Part shown: piece by piece, positions 39,615-53,819 of the stretch
Numbering within the stretch: the first letter of the stretch is position 1
Layout of the letters: each line of letters opens with the position of its first letter
Source: Malacoraja senta
Lineage: Eukaryota
NCBI GenBank assembly: GCA_038087875.1
Contig: CM075979.1
Span: forward strand, 8,866,001-8,930,000
Length of the DNA: 64,000 nucleotides
Direction: 5' to 3'
The notes under the pieces: model-generated
Seen by the model: only the letters and a program-made list of their open reading frames with translations
Told to the model about the DNA's origin: nothing
Databases searched by the model: none
Made by a program: the position numbers and the translations under genes

Positions 39615-41552
39615 CCTCTTCTCCACAGTGTTCAACCTCCTCAAGCCTCGAGCCAACACTCTCCCTACCTCCACTCCGGATCTCTGCAACTCATTCCTCC
39701 ACTTTTTTGCTGACAAAATCAGCACCATCTATCAATCTTTATCCCCTGTACCCGACTCCCCAGCATCTACTCCACCACCTACCAAGGCCCCTCCTTTCAA
39801 CATCTCCGCTGACCTCCTTACCCCTCCTCCTCACTGCTTCCTCTCCCAGTTTGACCCGGTCACCCCTACTGAAATCTCCAAACTCATCAGCTCTTCCAAA
39901 CCCACTACCTGCTCCCTCGACCCTCTCCCCACTCCCCTGCTGAAGTCCTGCCTCCCCGCTCTCTGCCCCTACCTCACTAATCTCTTCAACTCCTCATTGT
40001 CCCAAGGAATTGTCCCCTCTGCTTTCAAAACTGCTGCTGTCACACCAATCTTAAAGAAACCTGGTCTTGATCCCTCCTCTCTCATTAACTACCGCCCTAT
40101 CTCAAACCTCCCCTTTCTTTCAAAAACCCTGGAGCGTATCGTCGCGTCACAACTTCATTCCCACCTCCTCGCGTATAACCTATTCGAACCCCTCCAATCT
40201 GGCTTTTGCCCCCTCCATAGCACAGAAACTGCTCTCCTCAAAGTCCTCAATGACCTCCTTACCTCTGCTGACACTGGCTCCCTCAATATCCTCATCCTCC
40301 TCAACCTGAGTGCAGCCTTCGATACCGTGAATCATAAAATCCTGCTCACCAGACTTAGGGACCTTGGCATTGAAGGTTCTGCACTCAGCTGGCTCCGTTC
40401 CTACCTTTCCAACCAATCCCACTTCATCTCTCTCCACAACCACACCTCTGCCACAGCCACTGTCACTCAAGGCGTTCCCCAAGGCTCCGTTCTTGGTCCC
40501 CTCCTCTTCATCATCTACATCCTCCCCCTTGGTCATATACTCCGTCACTTCAACCTGGACTTCCATTGCTATGCTGATGACACCCAGATCTATCTCAGCA
40601 CCAAGTCCCCCCACCACCCCCCTCTCTCCCATATCAACTCCTGCCTGTCAGCCATCAAATCTTGGGTGCAACTCAACTTCCTTAAATTAAACAGTAACAA
40701 AACATAATTTCTCCTCATTGGCTCCAAATCAACACTCACTAAAATTAACAACCCCACTCTCACTATTGACGGCACCACTGTCTCCCCATCTCCTCAGGCC
40801 CGCAACCTTGGCGTGATCTTTGACTCAACCCTCTCCCTTGAGCCTCACATCCGCCATGTTGTCAAAACATCATTTTTTCACCTCCACAACATTGCCAAAA
40901 TCAGATCCTCTCTCACACCCCCCGCTGCTGAAAGACTCATCCATGCCTTCATCTCCTCCCGACTGGACTACTGCAACTCTCTTCTCTTTGGCATTAATTC
41001 CAGCAACATCAACCGACTCCAACTGGTCCAGAATGCAGCCGCCCGACTCATCACCCACACCAAATCCTGGCACCACATCACCCCAGTTCTCAAAGAACTT
41101 CACTGGCTTCCCATTTCCCACCGGATCATCTACAAAATCCTGGTCCTCACCTACAAAGCCCTCAACCACTTGGCCCCCCCTTATCTCACTGACCTCCTCT
41201 CCCCCTACCAACCCTCACGGTCCCTCAGATCCACATCAGCTGGTCTCCTCTCCATTCCGAAATCAAACCTCTGCACTTTTGGAGGCAGAGCCTTCTCCAG
41301 GGCTGCTCCCAGGCTCTGGAATTCCCTCCCACAACTGATCCGAAATTCTGAGTCCCTCACCATCTTCCAGTCCCGCCTCAAGACCCATCTCTTCACCTCT
41401 GCATACCCTTAGTCCCATGTCCCCCTCCCCTTTGCATCTCTGTCTTACTGCTCTATTTTTTAAATATTTTTTTTTTACTCTCAATGTAAAGCGACTTTGA
41501 GTCCTTGAAAAGCACTATATAAATAAAATGTATTATTATTATTATTATTATT
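39615..41552 (+). mobile_element. L2-clade LINE, 5'-truncated, RT frame with a single stop
   Basis: ORFs 39628-40707 and 40813-41412 are in the same frame; NYRPISNLPFLSKTLE, GVPQGSVLGP, YADDTQIY, SRLDYCNSL; AATAAA + (ATT)n tail. Confidence 0.95.
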
Positions 41553-41769
41553 TCTCGTCCTAAACTTTGTCTTGAAAAAAACAGAATGTTCTCTTGTTCA
41601 TTCTGGTCGATTCCTTTCATGTTCTGTATGTTTCCCTTATCCCAGAGTATTATCTGAAACACTCACATTCATGATGCTTTGCCTCATTCTACCTCCATAA
41701 TCTTTCCAGTCTTTGCTGCTGAGTTTAGCATAAAAACTGAACAATTAGGTTATTGTGTGCAATCTTGGC

Positions 41770-42240
41770 CTCTTAGCTATAGGAAGAATGCCACTAAGCG
41801 TGCAGAGAAGGTTTACAAGTAGTTACTGGGACTGGGGAGCTTGGGTTATATGAGGTCCGGAAAGGATGGAGCTTTTTTCAGTGGAATATCGGAGGCTGAC
41901 AGGCAACCTTGTATGTAAAATCATGAAGGGAATAGATAAGGTGAATGATCAGTCTTTTTCCCAAGGTAGGGGAAGCTAAAACTAGTGGGCACAGTTTTAA
42001 GGTGAGAGAGGAAAGATTTTAAAAGGATTCTGAGGGACAATTTTCTCAACACGCAGGTATATGGAACAAATTGCCAGATGAAGAGGTAGAGCTGGGTACA
42101 ATTGCAACATTTAAAAGACATTTGGTCAAGTGCATAGCTGGAAAGGTTTAGAGGACTAAGGGATAAACTCAGGCAATTGAAACTAGCTGAGTAGGCAACA
42201 TGAATTGGGCCGAAGGGCCTGTTTCTGTGCTGTGGATCTC
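41770..42240 (+). mobile_element. CR1 LINE 3' fragment (old)
   Basis: Similar to 2920-3292 plus tail GGGCCGAAGGGCCTGTTTCTGTGCTGT. Confidence 0.8.
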
Positions 42241-42835
42241 TAATTCCAGTAATTCCCCTGACCAGCCTGTCATCCTCCACATTGTTTAATCGTCAACTCA
42301 TCAAAACTCTGCTATACGTGAATACATGTTTCATCCAACATTCTCTCACTCACCTCTGTGCTTAATGATCTATATTGGTTCCGGATCCATCATTGCCGGA
42401 ATGTTAAAATTCTTAATTCTCATGGTCAGATCCTTTCTGGGTCTTCTCACCCTGCAGTCCTCCATATTCTATCTCTGATCTTCAGTGCATACTCCACTGT
42501 CTATCATTAGTGGTCATGCCTTATGCTCTGGAATTCCCTCTGTAAACCTCTCCGTCTCACTGATCTCAGTGACCACCTTTTCAATCATTCCATTTTATAA
42601 ACACCTGCTCGGTTGTTTTTGTTTTTCTAAATTTCAGCAGAATACCTTGGGATCACTTTAACAACATTGTATACATGCAGGTTTATAATCTATTATTCGT
42701 AATCTTCTTACCCTCACTGCAATCTTCTTATCCCAGTCCTGATCATTGCTGGCCTTCTATCGCTTTTCAAATCCTTCTTGGTACATTTCAATGTACCCGA
42801 GGCCTCACCAAATCTGAGTGTGGTAATATATTACC

Positions 42836-43135
42836 ATTGTTATCAGGCTGATGAATCATCCTACTACAACTAGAGAGCCGTCCTGAACTACTATCTCCCT
42901 CATTGGTGACCCTCGGACTATCTTTGATCGGACTTTACTGGCTTTACCTTGCACTAAACGTTATTCCCTTATCATGTATGTGACAATAAATGAACCTTAT
43001 GAACCTTATGTATCTATACACTTTAAATGGCTAGATTATAATCATGTATTGGCTTTCCGCTGACTGGTTAGCACGCAACAAAAGCTTCACTGTAGCTCAG
43101 TCCACGTGACAATAAACTAAACTGAACTGAACTGA
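42836..43135 (+). mobile_element. LINE 3'UTR fragment with (ACTGA)n tail
   Basis: CACGTGACAATAAACTAAACTGAACTGAACTGA; related tails at ~2710-2860 and ~24340-24440. Confidence 0.6.
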
Positions 43136-43223
43136 AATTATATTATCGTCGGGAATATTTATACTATCTTTAAAATTGTACTAGCAATAGTGTTTAAATG
43201 CATTTTTATCTTTTGTTTTCCAG

Positions 43224-43359
43224 GAGCAAAAAGTACGTTTGCAGAACATAGCAAAGGATAACCAGCTGAGTCAACTGAGTAAAGTCGAGAAACGGTTTGC
43301 AGCAATAAGTCATCAGTGTGGGTTAGTCATACAAGCTCATGGAAAACTAGAGCAGAATG
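43224..43359 (+). CDS. CCDC73: CCDC73 coding exon 7 (EQKVRLQNIAKDNQLSQLSKVEKRFAAISHQCGLVIQAHGKLEQN)
   Basis: ttttccag|GAG...AATG|gtaaat; 136 nt, phase 0-1; resembles EQKVQLHLLAKED...HEKLEQN. Confidence 0.93.
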
Positions 43360-43601
43360 GTAAATAAACTTTGTATATCAACACAACATATTCCTCCATC
43401 TATTTAATTTTAGTACACTGAAAATAACATGATACATTTTGAGATCAAGTAGAAAGTTAAAAGTTATCAGTCTATTTGAATCATCTTAAGATAAAAATTG
43501 TGCTGGTGCGAAATGTTGCAATTTGCCTGTTGCTGCAACAGGTAAGCAGTAGATGCTATCTCACTAGTTCTCCACTCTGTTCTGGAACATATGGATTACT
43601 G

Positions 43602-44127
43602 CAGGGGTCGGCAATCTATGGCCCATGGGCCGAATCCGGCCCGTAACCCAAAATCATCCGGCCCGCAGGCGTATTTTTATTTCCTCGATCATCTGGTCCG
43701 CAGACTTCCGTCAACTCTGGTACTGGGAATGTTTAAGAAAGAACTTCAGATGTTGGAAAAATCGATGGTAGAAAAAAATGCTGGAGTGAGTTTCTTCAGC
43801 ATTTTTTTCTACCTCTGGTACCTGGAAGGTGATTTGGCTGTACCGCATCCTGTGCAAAGCCGCCTGCACGGTGGCACACCTGTGTCTGGGCTTCACTGTT
43901 GGGATCAGGGTTGTCAGTAGGCCGGGGACGAGTTAGTATGATATTTGAGCTCAGTGCTCTGGGTGGCGTCCTCGAAGGGGCAGGATCTATGTGAATACAT
44001 GATTTTATGCCTGCCATCCGGGGCGGGATGGGAGTGGGATCCATGTGTACACGTGATAGATGTGGCCCACACAACTGCTCACAGACATATGTCCTGGCCC
44101 CTTGGCAGAAAAGGTTGCCAACCCCTG
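43602..44127. mobile_element. hAT (Charlie-like) MITE
   Basis: TIR CAGGGGTCGGCAA / TTGCCAACCCCTG; perfect 8-bp TSD GATTACTG at 43594-43601 and 44128-44135. Confidence 0.93.
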
Positions 44128-44317
44128 GATTACTGGAACACATACGTCAGGCAGTTGTTGATCGAGTTTCGTATTCATCATCCCATGAAACTCATCACCA
44201 AGCTCCAAGGCCTGGTCCTCTCTACCTCCCTTTGTAACTCGATCCTTGACTTCCTCATCATCTGACAAAATCAGTTCGGAACAGTTACAGCACCACCTCC
44301 TTTTTGATAGCGGAAAA

Positions 44318-44410
44318 AAGACACAAAGTGCTGGAGTAACTCAGCGAGTCAAACAGCATCTCTGGAGAACAAGGATAGGTGACATTTCGAGTCAGTAACC
44401 TTCTTCAGAC
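44318..44410 (-). mobile_element. Penelope-derived short element
   Basis: Homologous to 10226-10315. Confidence 0.75.
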
Positions 44411-45859
44411 ATTTTAGAGATATAGGAAAAGACCATCTCCTGCAATTTAAAATACATTGGAGTAGGGACAACTGAAGCAACTGATGCAGCCTCTATAAAC
44501 TGTAAATCACCAGTGCAGTACAATAAAATATCTGAGGGCAGCCAAAATATCAGTGTAAATGAGCCACTTGCCACTTGGCATAATAATTGTCTATCGGACA
44601 GTGTGAATCATCATTGCTTACATGCTTGCCAGTCCATCAGCCCCGAACTGTCTAAACAGTAATGTTGAAAAATTTCAAGCAGTTGTAAAACAGATTAGAG
44701 CCTGCTGCCTTCTGGCAGGCTCTACTATAATTTATGTTTTGATTGTTGGCCTACTGGTTTATGTTGCCTTATGCTTAAGGGCAGGGCAGTGAATGTTCTG
44801 TGGATTATATCCTTTCTCATTTCTGCTGCCTTTATAACAAGACTTGGTTGCAGATTTTCTTAGACCAACTCAAAATGCGTACAACAGCTAAGACTTGTTT
44901 GGATTCTTGTCAATGCAGAGTTAAGGATACAGAACAACATTTTCCTTTGTACTATACATTTTTAACTGTTGGGGCTCATTCCCTAGTCTGATCTCACTGA
45001 TGTCTTATATAACTACAACAAAATGAACCAATTCCAGTATTCAGTAGCCTGACTGATGAAGGCTAACAAGCGAAGCGCCTTCTTCACCACCCTGTCAGCC
45101 TGTGACATCACTTTCAGAGAGCTAAGCACTTGAGCACCTAGATCTCACTGTACTACAACGTGTCCCATGACCACATCGTTCACTGTGAAAGTCCTACTTG
45201 TCATTCTGCACGTTAGGAAGGCTGAACTTGGAAGCCATGGTTCCTACATCAATTCTGTCACCTGGAGTTGAATCACTTTGAGTTCACCTAATAGCTCACC
45301 TGTTTTGATGATTCTTTTGTTAACAAAAATGTGGGTGGTTATTCCTTCTGGAATCCTTTTAAATATCTTGTTTTTTCATAAATAGTGTGATGAAAATTGA
45401 TTGGAATGGGAGAATTTGGGGATCATTCTCCCAAAGGAGCCTATGCCTTTGGTGACCATTAGTTTAGTAAGCCTTCACTGAGATGAGGAGAAATTCATTC
45501 ACTCAGAAGAGTGGTGAACTTTTGGAATTTGTTACTTTGAATGACTATGGAAGTTGTAATTAAATTCATTCTGTAGGATTTCTGGGCATTAAGGGAACCA
45601 AGGGATATGAGCATAATGATGGAAAATGGTGTTGAGCTGAAGGATTAGCCGTGATCTTGATGAATGATGGACCACTCTTGCAGGGCCATCTGGCCTCGTA
45701 CTGCTTTTATTTCTTGCATTCTAATGTTTCTTAAAGATGCTTGCACTAGATACACATTCATAAATAAATATTTTTTAATCTTAAATAATTTTGTTTTTAA
45801 TGTAATTTATATTTGTGAAAATCATTTTTTTTTTTTTAATAATAAATTTTATTGAGCCA

Positions 45860-46710
45860 TTAAATAAATGGGTACAGATTATGTTGCCATATCCAAGCTC
45901 ATTTTTTCCAAATGTACATATCAAATCAGAACATTTGAGTATTATACAAACAATATGGACGGGCATGTTTATAAAAACAACATTAAAAAAAATATATCAG
46001 AGGCTAATTTAACTCATACTTTTGTAAATTGTATAAAAATCAAAAATTTCTGGACGGATATTTTTAGAATAATTTCTGAAGTTGTTAATATCCAATTGGA
46101 TCCCGACTCAAAACTAATAATATTAGGAATATCAGAATAAACTTAAAACTTACAACAAGCCAAAGAAACTTCCTTGATTATAGTATAATAACTGGGAAGA
46201 AATTAATATTAAAATTTTGGAAAAATCCAACAACCCCCACAATTAAAATGTGGATTATGGAGACCTTACATTTGGAAAGAACTAGACTTGTCTTAATTGA
46301 CAAACAAGAATTATTTGCTAGAATATGGTCTCCATTTATAGATTTTCTGAAAGGGTAAATTGGTCCGGCACGGAGGCCTGACTGAAACCTGAGCCCAGCA
46401 TTAGATGAATAGTAATGTTTTATAATCTACAGACCTATCTCCAAAGTTGTATTATTGGTAATTTATTCTATTTTTTAAAATCGTTTTTTTTCTCTCCTTT
46501 CTACCTATAAAAAAATAAACAAATAGAAGCTGTGTTAATATGTAATTGATAATTGAGGACCCCAATTACTTTGATAGCTGGGATCCCAACTATTAACAAT
46601 ATGTAATGGATAAACAAAATGTGTTTTGATTATATGTATATGCTTCTAATACAAATATTATTAAATTTTTTAATAAAAAGTAGATAATAAAAATTAAAAT
46701 AAATAAATAC
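45860..46710 (+). mobile_element. L1/Tx1-clade LINE 3' fragment
   Basis: EANLTHTFVNCIKIKNFW...LIILG, LKFWKNPTTP, WSPFIDFL; A-rich tail. Confidence 0.75.
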
Positions 46711-46819
46711 ATAGGTAAAGTGCAGAAGGTGACTACAGTACATAGGGAGCAGTTCAGTGCAATAATTCTTTGTGAAGACTCTTGTTTCTAAAGCTTTTAA
46801 CTCTCTTGTCTTCTATCCC

Positions 46820-48235
46820 CAGGGCCGGCCTTAAGCCGATTGGACCGATTGCTCCCAATTGGGCCCCGCGCTAGAGTAATCCAAAGCTCCGCTCTAGGAT
46901 CTTTGGAGTAATCTACTCTCGGCTCGGGTAGATCTACCCCGGGTGAAGGGGGGAGAGAGGGGTGGAGAGAGAGTAGAAGGGTGGAGGGGGAAGAAAGGGG
47001 TAGACGGGGAGGGGTGTGTGAGGGGGAATGGAGAAGGGGAAGAGGGGGAGGTGGGTCTTCCCTCACGGTCCCGTGCAGCGCCCCCACCCCTCCAGTCGCC
47101 ATGCTTCACGCACACAGCCCCAGCTTCACCCCTCTCTCTCCCCGGGGAGACGCAGTGAACAACAAAGATCCTATAGACAATACAGGGATGGCCGGCCCAG
47201 GGATTGGAGCAACGTTTACAAACCTTGGCCTCAGCTCACACCCGTCCGCCCGGACCCCGGTATCCGCTCCTGCCGCCGGNNNNNNNNNNNNNNNNNNNNN
47301 NNNNNNNNNNNNNNNNNNNNNNNNNNNNNNNNNNNNNNNNNNNNNNNNNNNNNNNNNNNNNNNNNNNNNNNNNNNNNNNNNNNNNNNNNNNNNNNNNNNN
47401 NNNNNNNNNNNNNNNNNNNNNNNNNNNNNNNNNNNNNNNNNNNNNNNNNNNNNNNNNNNNNNNNNNNNNNNNNNNNNNNNNNNNNNNNNNNNNNNNNNNN
47501 NNNNNNNNNNNNNNNNNNNNNNNNNNNNNNNNNNNNNNNNNNNNNNNNNNTCTCTCCTTCCCCCCCTCCCTTCTCGCCTTACCTCCCTCCTTCCTCTCTC
47601 TTCCCTTCTCCTTCCATCCCTCCCTTCTTTCTCTCCTTCCTCTCTCTCTTTTCCCTTCTCTCCCCTCCCTTCTTTCTCTACTTCCCTCACTCCCTTCTCT
47701 CCTTCCTCCCTTCTCTCCCTCCCTCCCTTCTCTCCTTCCCTCCCACACACACACACACACACACACATAACACACAGACAACTAACACACACACACACAA
47801 CTAAGTTAGGATGGGGTAGAAGCCCAAAGGGTAGGATGGGGCTGAAGCCCAAAATTTAATGCCTGGACTGGATTTTCACCAATAGTTATTGGTTTTCCAG
47901 GATCTAGTTAATTAAATTACTTTTTTTTCATTTCACAGTCACTAAAACAAGTGGTATTGTAACTGTACTTTTCAGAGGTGATCTACACATTTTCTTTGTT
48001 ACTTGTAGGCTTACATGTATGCAATTTTATATTAAAATGTAACTTAGATCCGTTTGGTCCATTAACTCGCAGGCACTTTTTAAGCGCACATTTTGATTAC
48101 TTTCCATTCTACCATAGAGATATAAATATAATAGACTTTATCTGTATTTCTATGATTCTACAGACCTTGGCTGGGAACCTGGGGCTCACCAAAATTGTTC
48201 CCAATTGGGCCCCGCACCTCCTAAGGCTAGCCCTG
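46820..48235. mobile_element. Non-autonomous hAT element
   Basis: TIR CAGGGCCGGCCTTA / TAAGGCTAGCCCTG; perfect 8-bp TSD TCTATCCC at 46812-46819 and 48236-48243; subterminal CCCAATTGGGCCCCGC at both ends; contains N gap 47280-47550 and CT/CA repeats. Confidence 0.92.
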
Positions 48236-49672
48236 TCTATCCCTTGCTCATAATTTCATTAAAATTGATAGTTTAGAGTGTAGATGGGTTTGTGTTATGT
48301 GTCAATATTCTACTGTGCAAGAAATTACATAAATGGTTGCCAGATTTTATTAAATTGGTTGACTCTATCCTTTAGAACATATCTTATTATTTCTAAATGT
48401 AATGTACTGGTCAAGTCATGAAGCCACATTCTGGAATTGGGAGCTGTTGTTTTTTTCCATGACATGAGCAGTAGTTTCTTTGCCGTAATGAGACAGTAGG
48501 AGAGGAATTGTTGTTGAACAGTTGTGAGTTGTCTTGATGTTTCAGATACCCCGAGGATGATTAATAAGGACTCAGGGTTTAATGGGATGTTAAGAATGTC
48601 TGAGATATTCTTAAATATATCAGACCAGAAAGAGGTGAGTTTTGGGCACGATGCAAAGTTATGAAAAAGAGTAGCATCTGAGGAGTGACATTTATCTCAA
48701 GTAGGAGAAACATTTGGATATATACTGTGTATTTTTGCCTTGGAGTAGTGAAGTCTATGTATAATTTTGAACTGTATGAGGTAGTGTCTAGCATTGTTTG
48801 AGCACCTATGTATAAGTTTGAGGCTTTCCTCCCATATTTCATCTGGTATTTGCACATTTATGTATTTTTCCCAATTGATCTTATACTTGCTAGAGGATGG
48901 AGAGGTTATTGATAGAAGGACATCATATAGGAGATGAATTTGTCTTTATATGGTGATGTTTTAAGGGAGTCATCTATTTGAGTGCCTCTCAACTTCAAAT
49001 CCCGACAGATGCTTTTGTATATAATCCCTGATTTGCATGTATCTGAAGAAGTTACTATTTGGGAGTTGTGAAAATCACATTTTTATTTGAAATTTTATTC
49101 TTAAACGGTGAGTTGTGATGAGATTATTCTATTAAGCTATAATTGACCCCGATCAAGTGGAAAAGAAGCCAAAGCATAGCTAAACTAGCAGAAATTAGTA
49201 AAGCATGGATAAGGGGGCTTTTTCACTCTTATAGTTGTGCTATTCTCTTTTGAGACATCTGCAGAACTAATCCCTAGCCTCAAGCATTCCTCATTACTTC
49301 ATATTATCATCTGCTTAAAATACTTATTCCTCACTTGAAAGGTGGGGGTGTTTGCCTCATATGTTGACTGAATCAAAGTATTCCACTCAGATTTTCATTT
49401 GTAGCAACCCAGGGCTGTAACAAGAGTTTGATTAAGATCATGATGATATACGTGTTCGTGCAATCTAACAATGACATTACCCGAGTGTAACTTCGATAGC
49501 TGTTGGAGGAATGAAATCAATTCCAGTTACCTTGAAGATACTTTTTATAAAGCCTATCAAATTTAACATGGGCACACAGTTATACAGTAGATAAAAAATG
49601 TCTAAAAGAGGATTATCTTTCAGATTAGCATGTCATTTTGTTCGTGATTTTTCGAAAGACTTTTTGTTACAG

Positions 49673-49752
49673 TGGATGAAGCAACAAGATTGAACAAGAA
49701 GCTAATGACTGTGAATAAAAATCAGGAGAATGCTATACATGACTTAAAACAG
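49673..49752 (+). CDS. CCDC73: CCDC73 coding exon 8 (VDEATRLNKKLMTVNKNQENAIHDLKQ), GC donor
   Basis: ttgttacag|TG...CAG|gcaagt; 80 nt, phase 1-0 restores frame; resembles [27 protein letters not shown]. Confidence 0.88.
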
Positions 49753-52700
49753 GCAAGTAAAATATGGCACCATTGAACTCCTAAAGGGGAATGGATTAAC
49801 AGTTCATCTTCTTACATCTTAAATATAATTGAGAAGATTTATTCTGTTTAATATTACTAATGTTGGAAATGGATTCTTTCAGAATGTGGCTATGATTTCA
49901 TGAGAAATGGTTGCCAGAAAATCTTCAAAAGTGATTTACAATGTCTATGTAATAATTGAGGAATTTTTACAGTAGTGATAACATTCTTGATGTAAGAAAC
50001 AGTGATAGAGTAACTTTTTTTTCTGAGTTAAGGCAGTGATATATATGAACCATTGAACTGCAGTTCTACCTATTTCTTTGATTTCATTTTAAAAGAAACT
50101 TTCTCAACCCTGTCATTCTCTGCCACTTATTTTCTCCTTTTTATTACTTTATTTTCTTGTTAATGGACTTTTAGTACTTTTTTACGGTGTTAGCTATAAA
50201 CTAACCACCAATTGGCATGTAAAAGTTACGTGCATCTTATAGAATGAGGAATCACAAGGGAGGACTTGCATTCCTTTAACTTTGGCAAAGTGTGTCAGTG
50301 GAGCAATACATCAGGTTGCAATGAATAAGTAGATTGTGTCAGATGCACACAGAGGGGGCTAAAAAGGATTTTAACAATGACCTACAAAATTATAGTAGTG
50401 CATTTATTTAAATTGCTCATGGAATACATCATCTAAATTTAGTGTTGATATTTTGTTCTGACATTGTTATAGAAATTAACAATGGTTAATTACTATGGTT
50501 ACCGCTGTGGTAAATTCTCCAGATTAGTGATACAGCAGTGCAGGACTTTACAGTGAAATTAACATCTCTCGGCTCCTGCCCTAAAAATGCTGCAGCAATG
50601 AAACAATAGTAGACAATTCAGTAAAAAACCTCAGTAAGTAACCTACAAATGCTGGAAATTTGAATCAAATACAGATCGAGATTGGTTAGTCAAACAGACT
50701 CAGATTTTGGGCAAAGGTAAATATTTGGAGTTAGGTCACAGATCAGGTGTGATCTCATAGAATGGGGACTTGAAGGTCTGAACTAAATTATATGCTTAAT
50801 TTTATTATTTGTTGCAGAAACTAATAGAATTAAGTGTTTGCCGTTCATGAAATACATGAAATATTTTCACTCAAGATCAATTGGGAGATTATCCGGATCT
50901 AAATTTTATGGAGGCAGTCCTTCAAACAATGTTTTAAGAAAATATTTTCTGTCAAAGGAGACATACATTGTACAATTTAGGGCTTGTCTTTAAGAAATTT
51001 TCTATTTTCTATTTGGATCTATATTTACAAAGAGATAAAACATTGTAAGGGGCTATTTGAACCTTATTTCCAGTGCCTAAACAAGTCAAATTTCCAGATT
51101 CATTGCCCTTTGATCCCCAATTGAAATTACTTTTCTAAATTCTGAACTTAATTTGTCATTAATATTTGAGGGAAAGTATTCCACATTCATATAACTCTTT
51201 CTATGAAAGATTTTTTATAATTTCTAATCGTCACAGACAGAATTGGCCTTCTGTGCCACCTAATTCCATTGGGTCAAATCATACTAGCTGTGACCACTGG
51301 TCCTGAAAAGAACAGCAGGATCTGTTAACAGGTGTGGATACTTTATAAATTTGGAAGTGTTGACTGCTGTATAGTGGCACATGTGTCACCCTGCTTCATA
51401 ACTGGATTCCATGAGGAGGCCATAGGCAGGGTCCTGTCTAGCTTGGAGTCTGCTTCGTTACACTGGGAAATCCACCTTTGCGATCAAATCCAGTCAACCT
51501 GATGTTGGACTGGAGACCCAATTAATTTGAATAGGTCTTGCTATCTTTTTCACTTAATTTATGTTGATGTGGTTAATTATTTCTTAGTGCTTTAAATTAA
51601 TTAATTTTAGGACCCATTTTTAAATAATTCTTATTTCTTTAAAATTTACCACCATTTTAATGGTTTAAATGCCCCTTTAGACTGTAGGTTTTCACGGGTG
51701 ATGAAGCTTCTGCTGAAGGCTTTCCAGGGAGGGGTGGAGTGGTGTGGCCAGTGAGGCCGCAATAGTTCATTGCTTGAGACTTAACTGCTGTGGCCTTACT
51801 TTTCCTCTCAAGTGACGACAGTCAGCTTGATCGGATCTCTGCATCTGGCCCCATGAAGTATAGGCAGCTGGCATAGCTCTGCTGATTATCACCCAGCATT
51901 TGTGCAGCATTTATCATCTTATTTGAGGATGTTAATTTTTTTGTCTTTGATGGAAATAGATTACCATGGCTTTTTATAACCGTAAAATTACAGCATAGCT
52001 ACAGGAGAGCATAGCTCTTTACCTAATAAATACCAATATCTCTTACTGTGTGTGGGAAGAATTTCTAATTATTTGTCTACAAATATTTGAGTTCTTCTGT
52101 TTTGATAAAATCCTTGCTGGTGTAGCTGCAGTGAAGGATTCACCTATTTTATGTACAGTTGAACATCAGTGTCTGGATGCTAAGGGACACCAATCACAGT
52201 TAATAACATTGAGAAAAAATGGAATTTAATTTTGCTCAGAGGGCATGTAATTGTATTGATGGTCAGTATTAATGCATTATAATTATTCTCTGACTGAATT
52301 TTATAGTTGTGTGTTCACAATTATTTATTAAGATTATTATTAATAAATTCTGTTGTGCAATTTGATGTTCTGTGGAGATTTATATGGAGATGTGAAATTA
52401 TCAGTGCTAAAATCTAAATAGCTGGCAATTTGCTATAATTATAGTAATATTTTTAAGAGGCATAACAGCTACTTAATGATTCTGTCACTTGTTAAAAAAA
52501 AACTGATTTACATCCTTTACTGGAATATTTAGATTCAATTATTAACTCTAAATGGTGCTCATTTAAAACCCTAGAGTTCACAATTAATAGATTAAAGCTA
52601 ATATGTTCAAGTAACATTGCCTTCATTGTTATTTTAGTAGAGGCTTTAACTGATTTAAAATAAACCAGTTTTAAATTAGTACGGCAAACGCAGTAAGAAT

Positions 52701-53819
52701 TTTCATTAACAAAACTGTGCACATGCAAGTTTATTATCCTAGTATCGTCATATTTGAAATCCATATGTATATATTTTGTGTGTGCATGTAGTTTTTAAGG
52801 GAAAGTATGTTTATTTAAAAAATATAAGCATAGGCAATAGACCAGATCATGAATATTCATCCATGGTGAGCTCAAATTTATCTCACAAAACTAATTACAT
52901 TTCATCACAATGAAAAATCACTGAAGTAAATTGTACGAGGGGAAAAGTGACAAGATAATTTTCGTCTACAGAAGTAAATTTAACTTCATTCTTTTGGATG
53001 TCTTATTGCTCAAAATAAATTTTAAACATTTACCAACTAGCATTTCCAAACATTTTAGGTTAGATATAATTATTGGCACTGCTGCCTATAATGCTTAATG
53101 CTCTTATGCTAAATTCTTAATCTGATATTTAATGGAGGTGATAACCAGTTTATTTTAATGGAGTTGTTAATGGCTGCATTCCTTTGTTCATTAATGGTAT
53201 ATATGTGCAGATTAATAATATTGCAAACAATTAAAAACTAATTTTCCCATATTTAAATAAGCACACAGTGGTTAGACATTACCCATTTGCCACTAGGAGT
53301 TTGGTTCTTTTGGAAAAGCAGTTTACTTTGTATTCTGACTTGGAGTCTGTTGTGAAATCAGTTTGGCATTTCCAATCCAATTCCTCAGGTGAATGGGTCC
53401 ATAGCATATTAGACCTTTTTTTTGACATTATACGGCCTGCTGAACTGACACTGTTTAATAAAGTTTATTAAAGATTGTTGTTTAAAAGAAGAGTTAGGTG
53501 GAATGATGGAAAGTTGCTGATTGCAGTAGGAGTGTTTTAGTATTAAAAGCAGAACAATGGGCAGATTGGAGGGAACAGCATTATGGATTTGTTGCATGTA
53601 TATGTTCTGAGTAATCCTGTTATTCTGTTCCCAGTTGGCGTTTTCCCCTGTCACTTATCAATAACTTCATTTTCACTTGACTCTTCTCCCCCACTTGGCT
53701 ACATTCCTGAGCTTTCATATCTTCAAGGCCTTCCTTGTGAATGAACAACAAAAATGCTTTCTTCCCATATGTGTTCCCTTCTGAAAAAGCACATGGGAAC
53801 CTGGGTTTTACAAACCGAC

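Noticed and set aside
46797-47859. Long ORFs of up to 292 aa
   Set aside because: They run through N gaps and CT/CA repeats inside a hAT element.
51240-51900. Possible ancient repeat or conserved element
   Set aside because: No termini, ORF or second copy to support a call.
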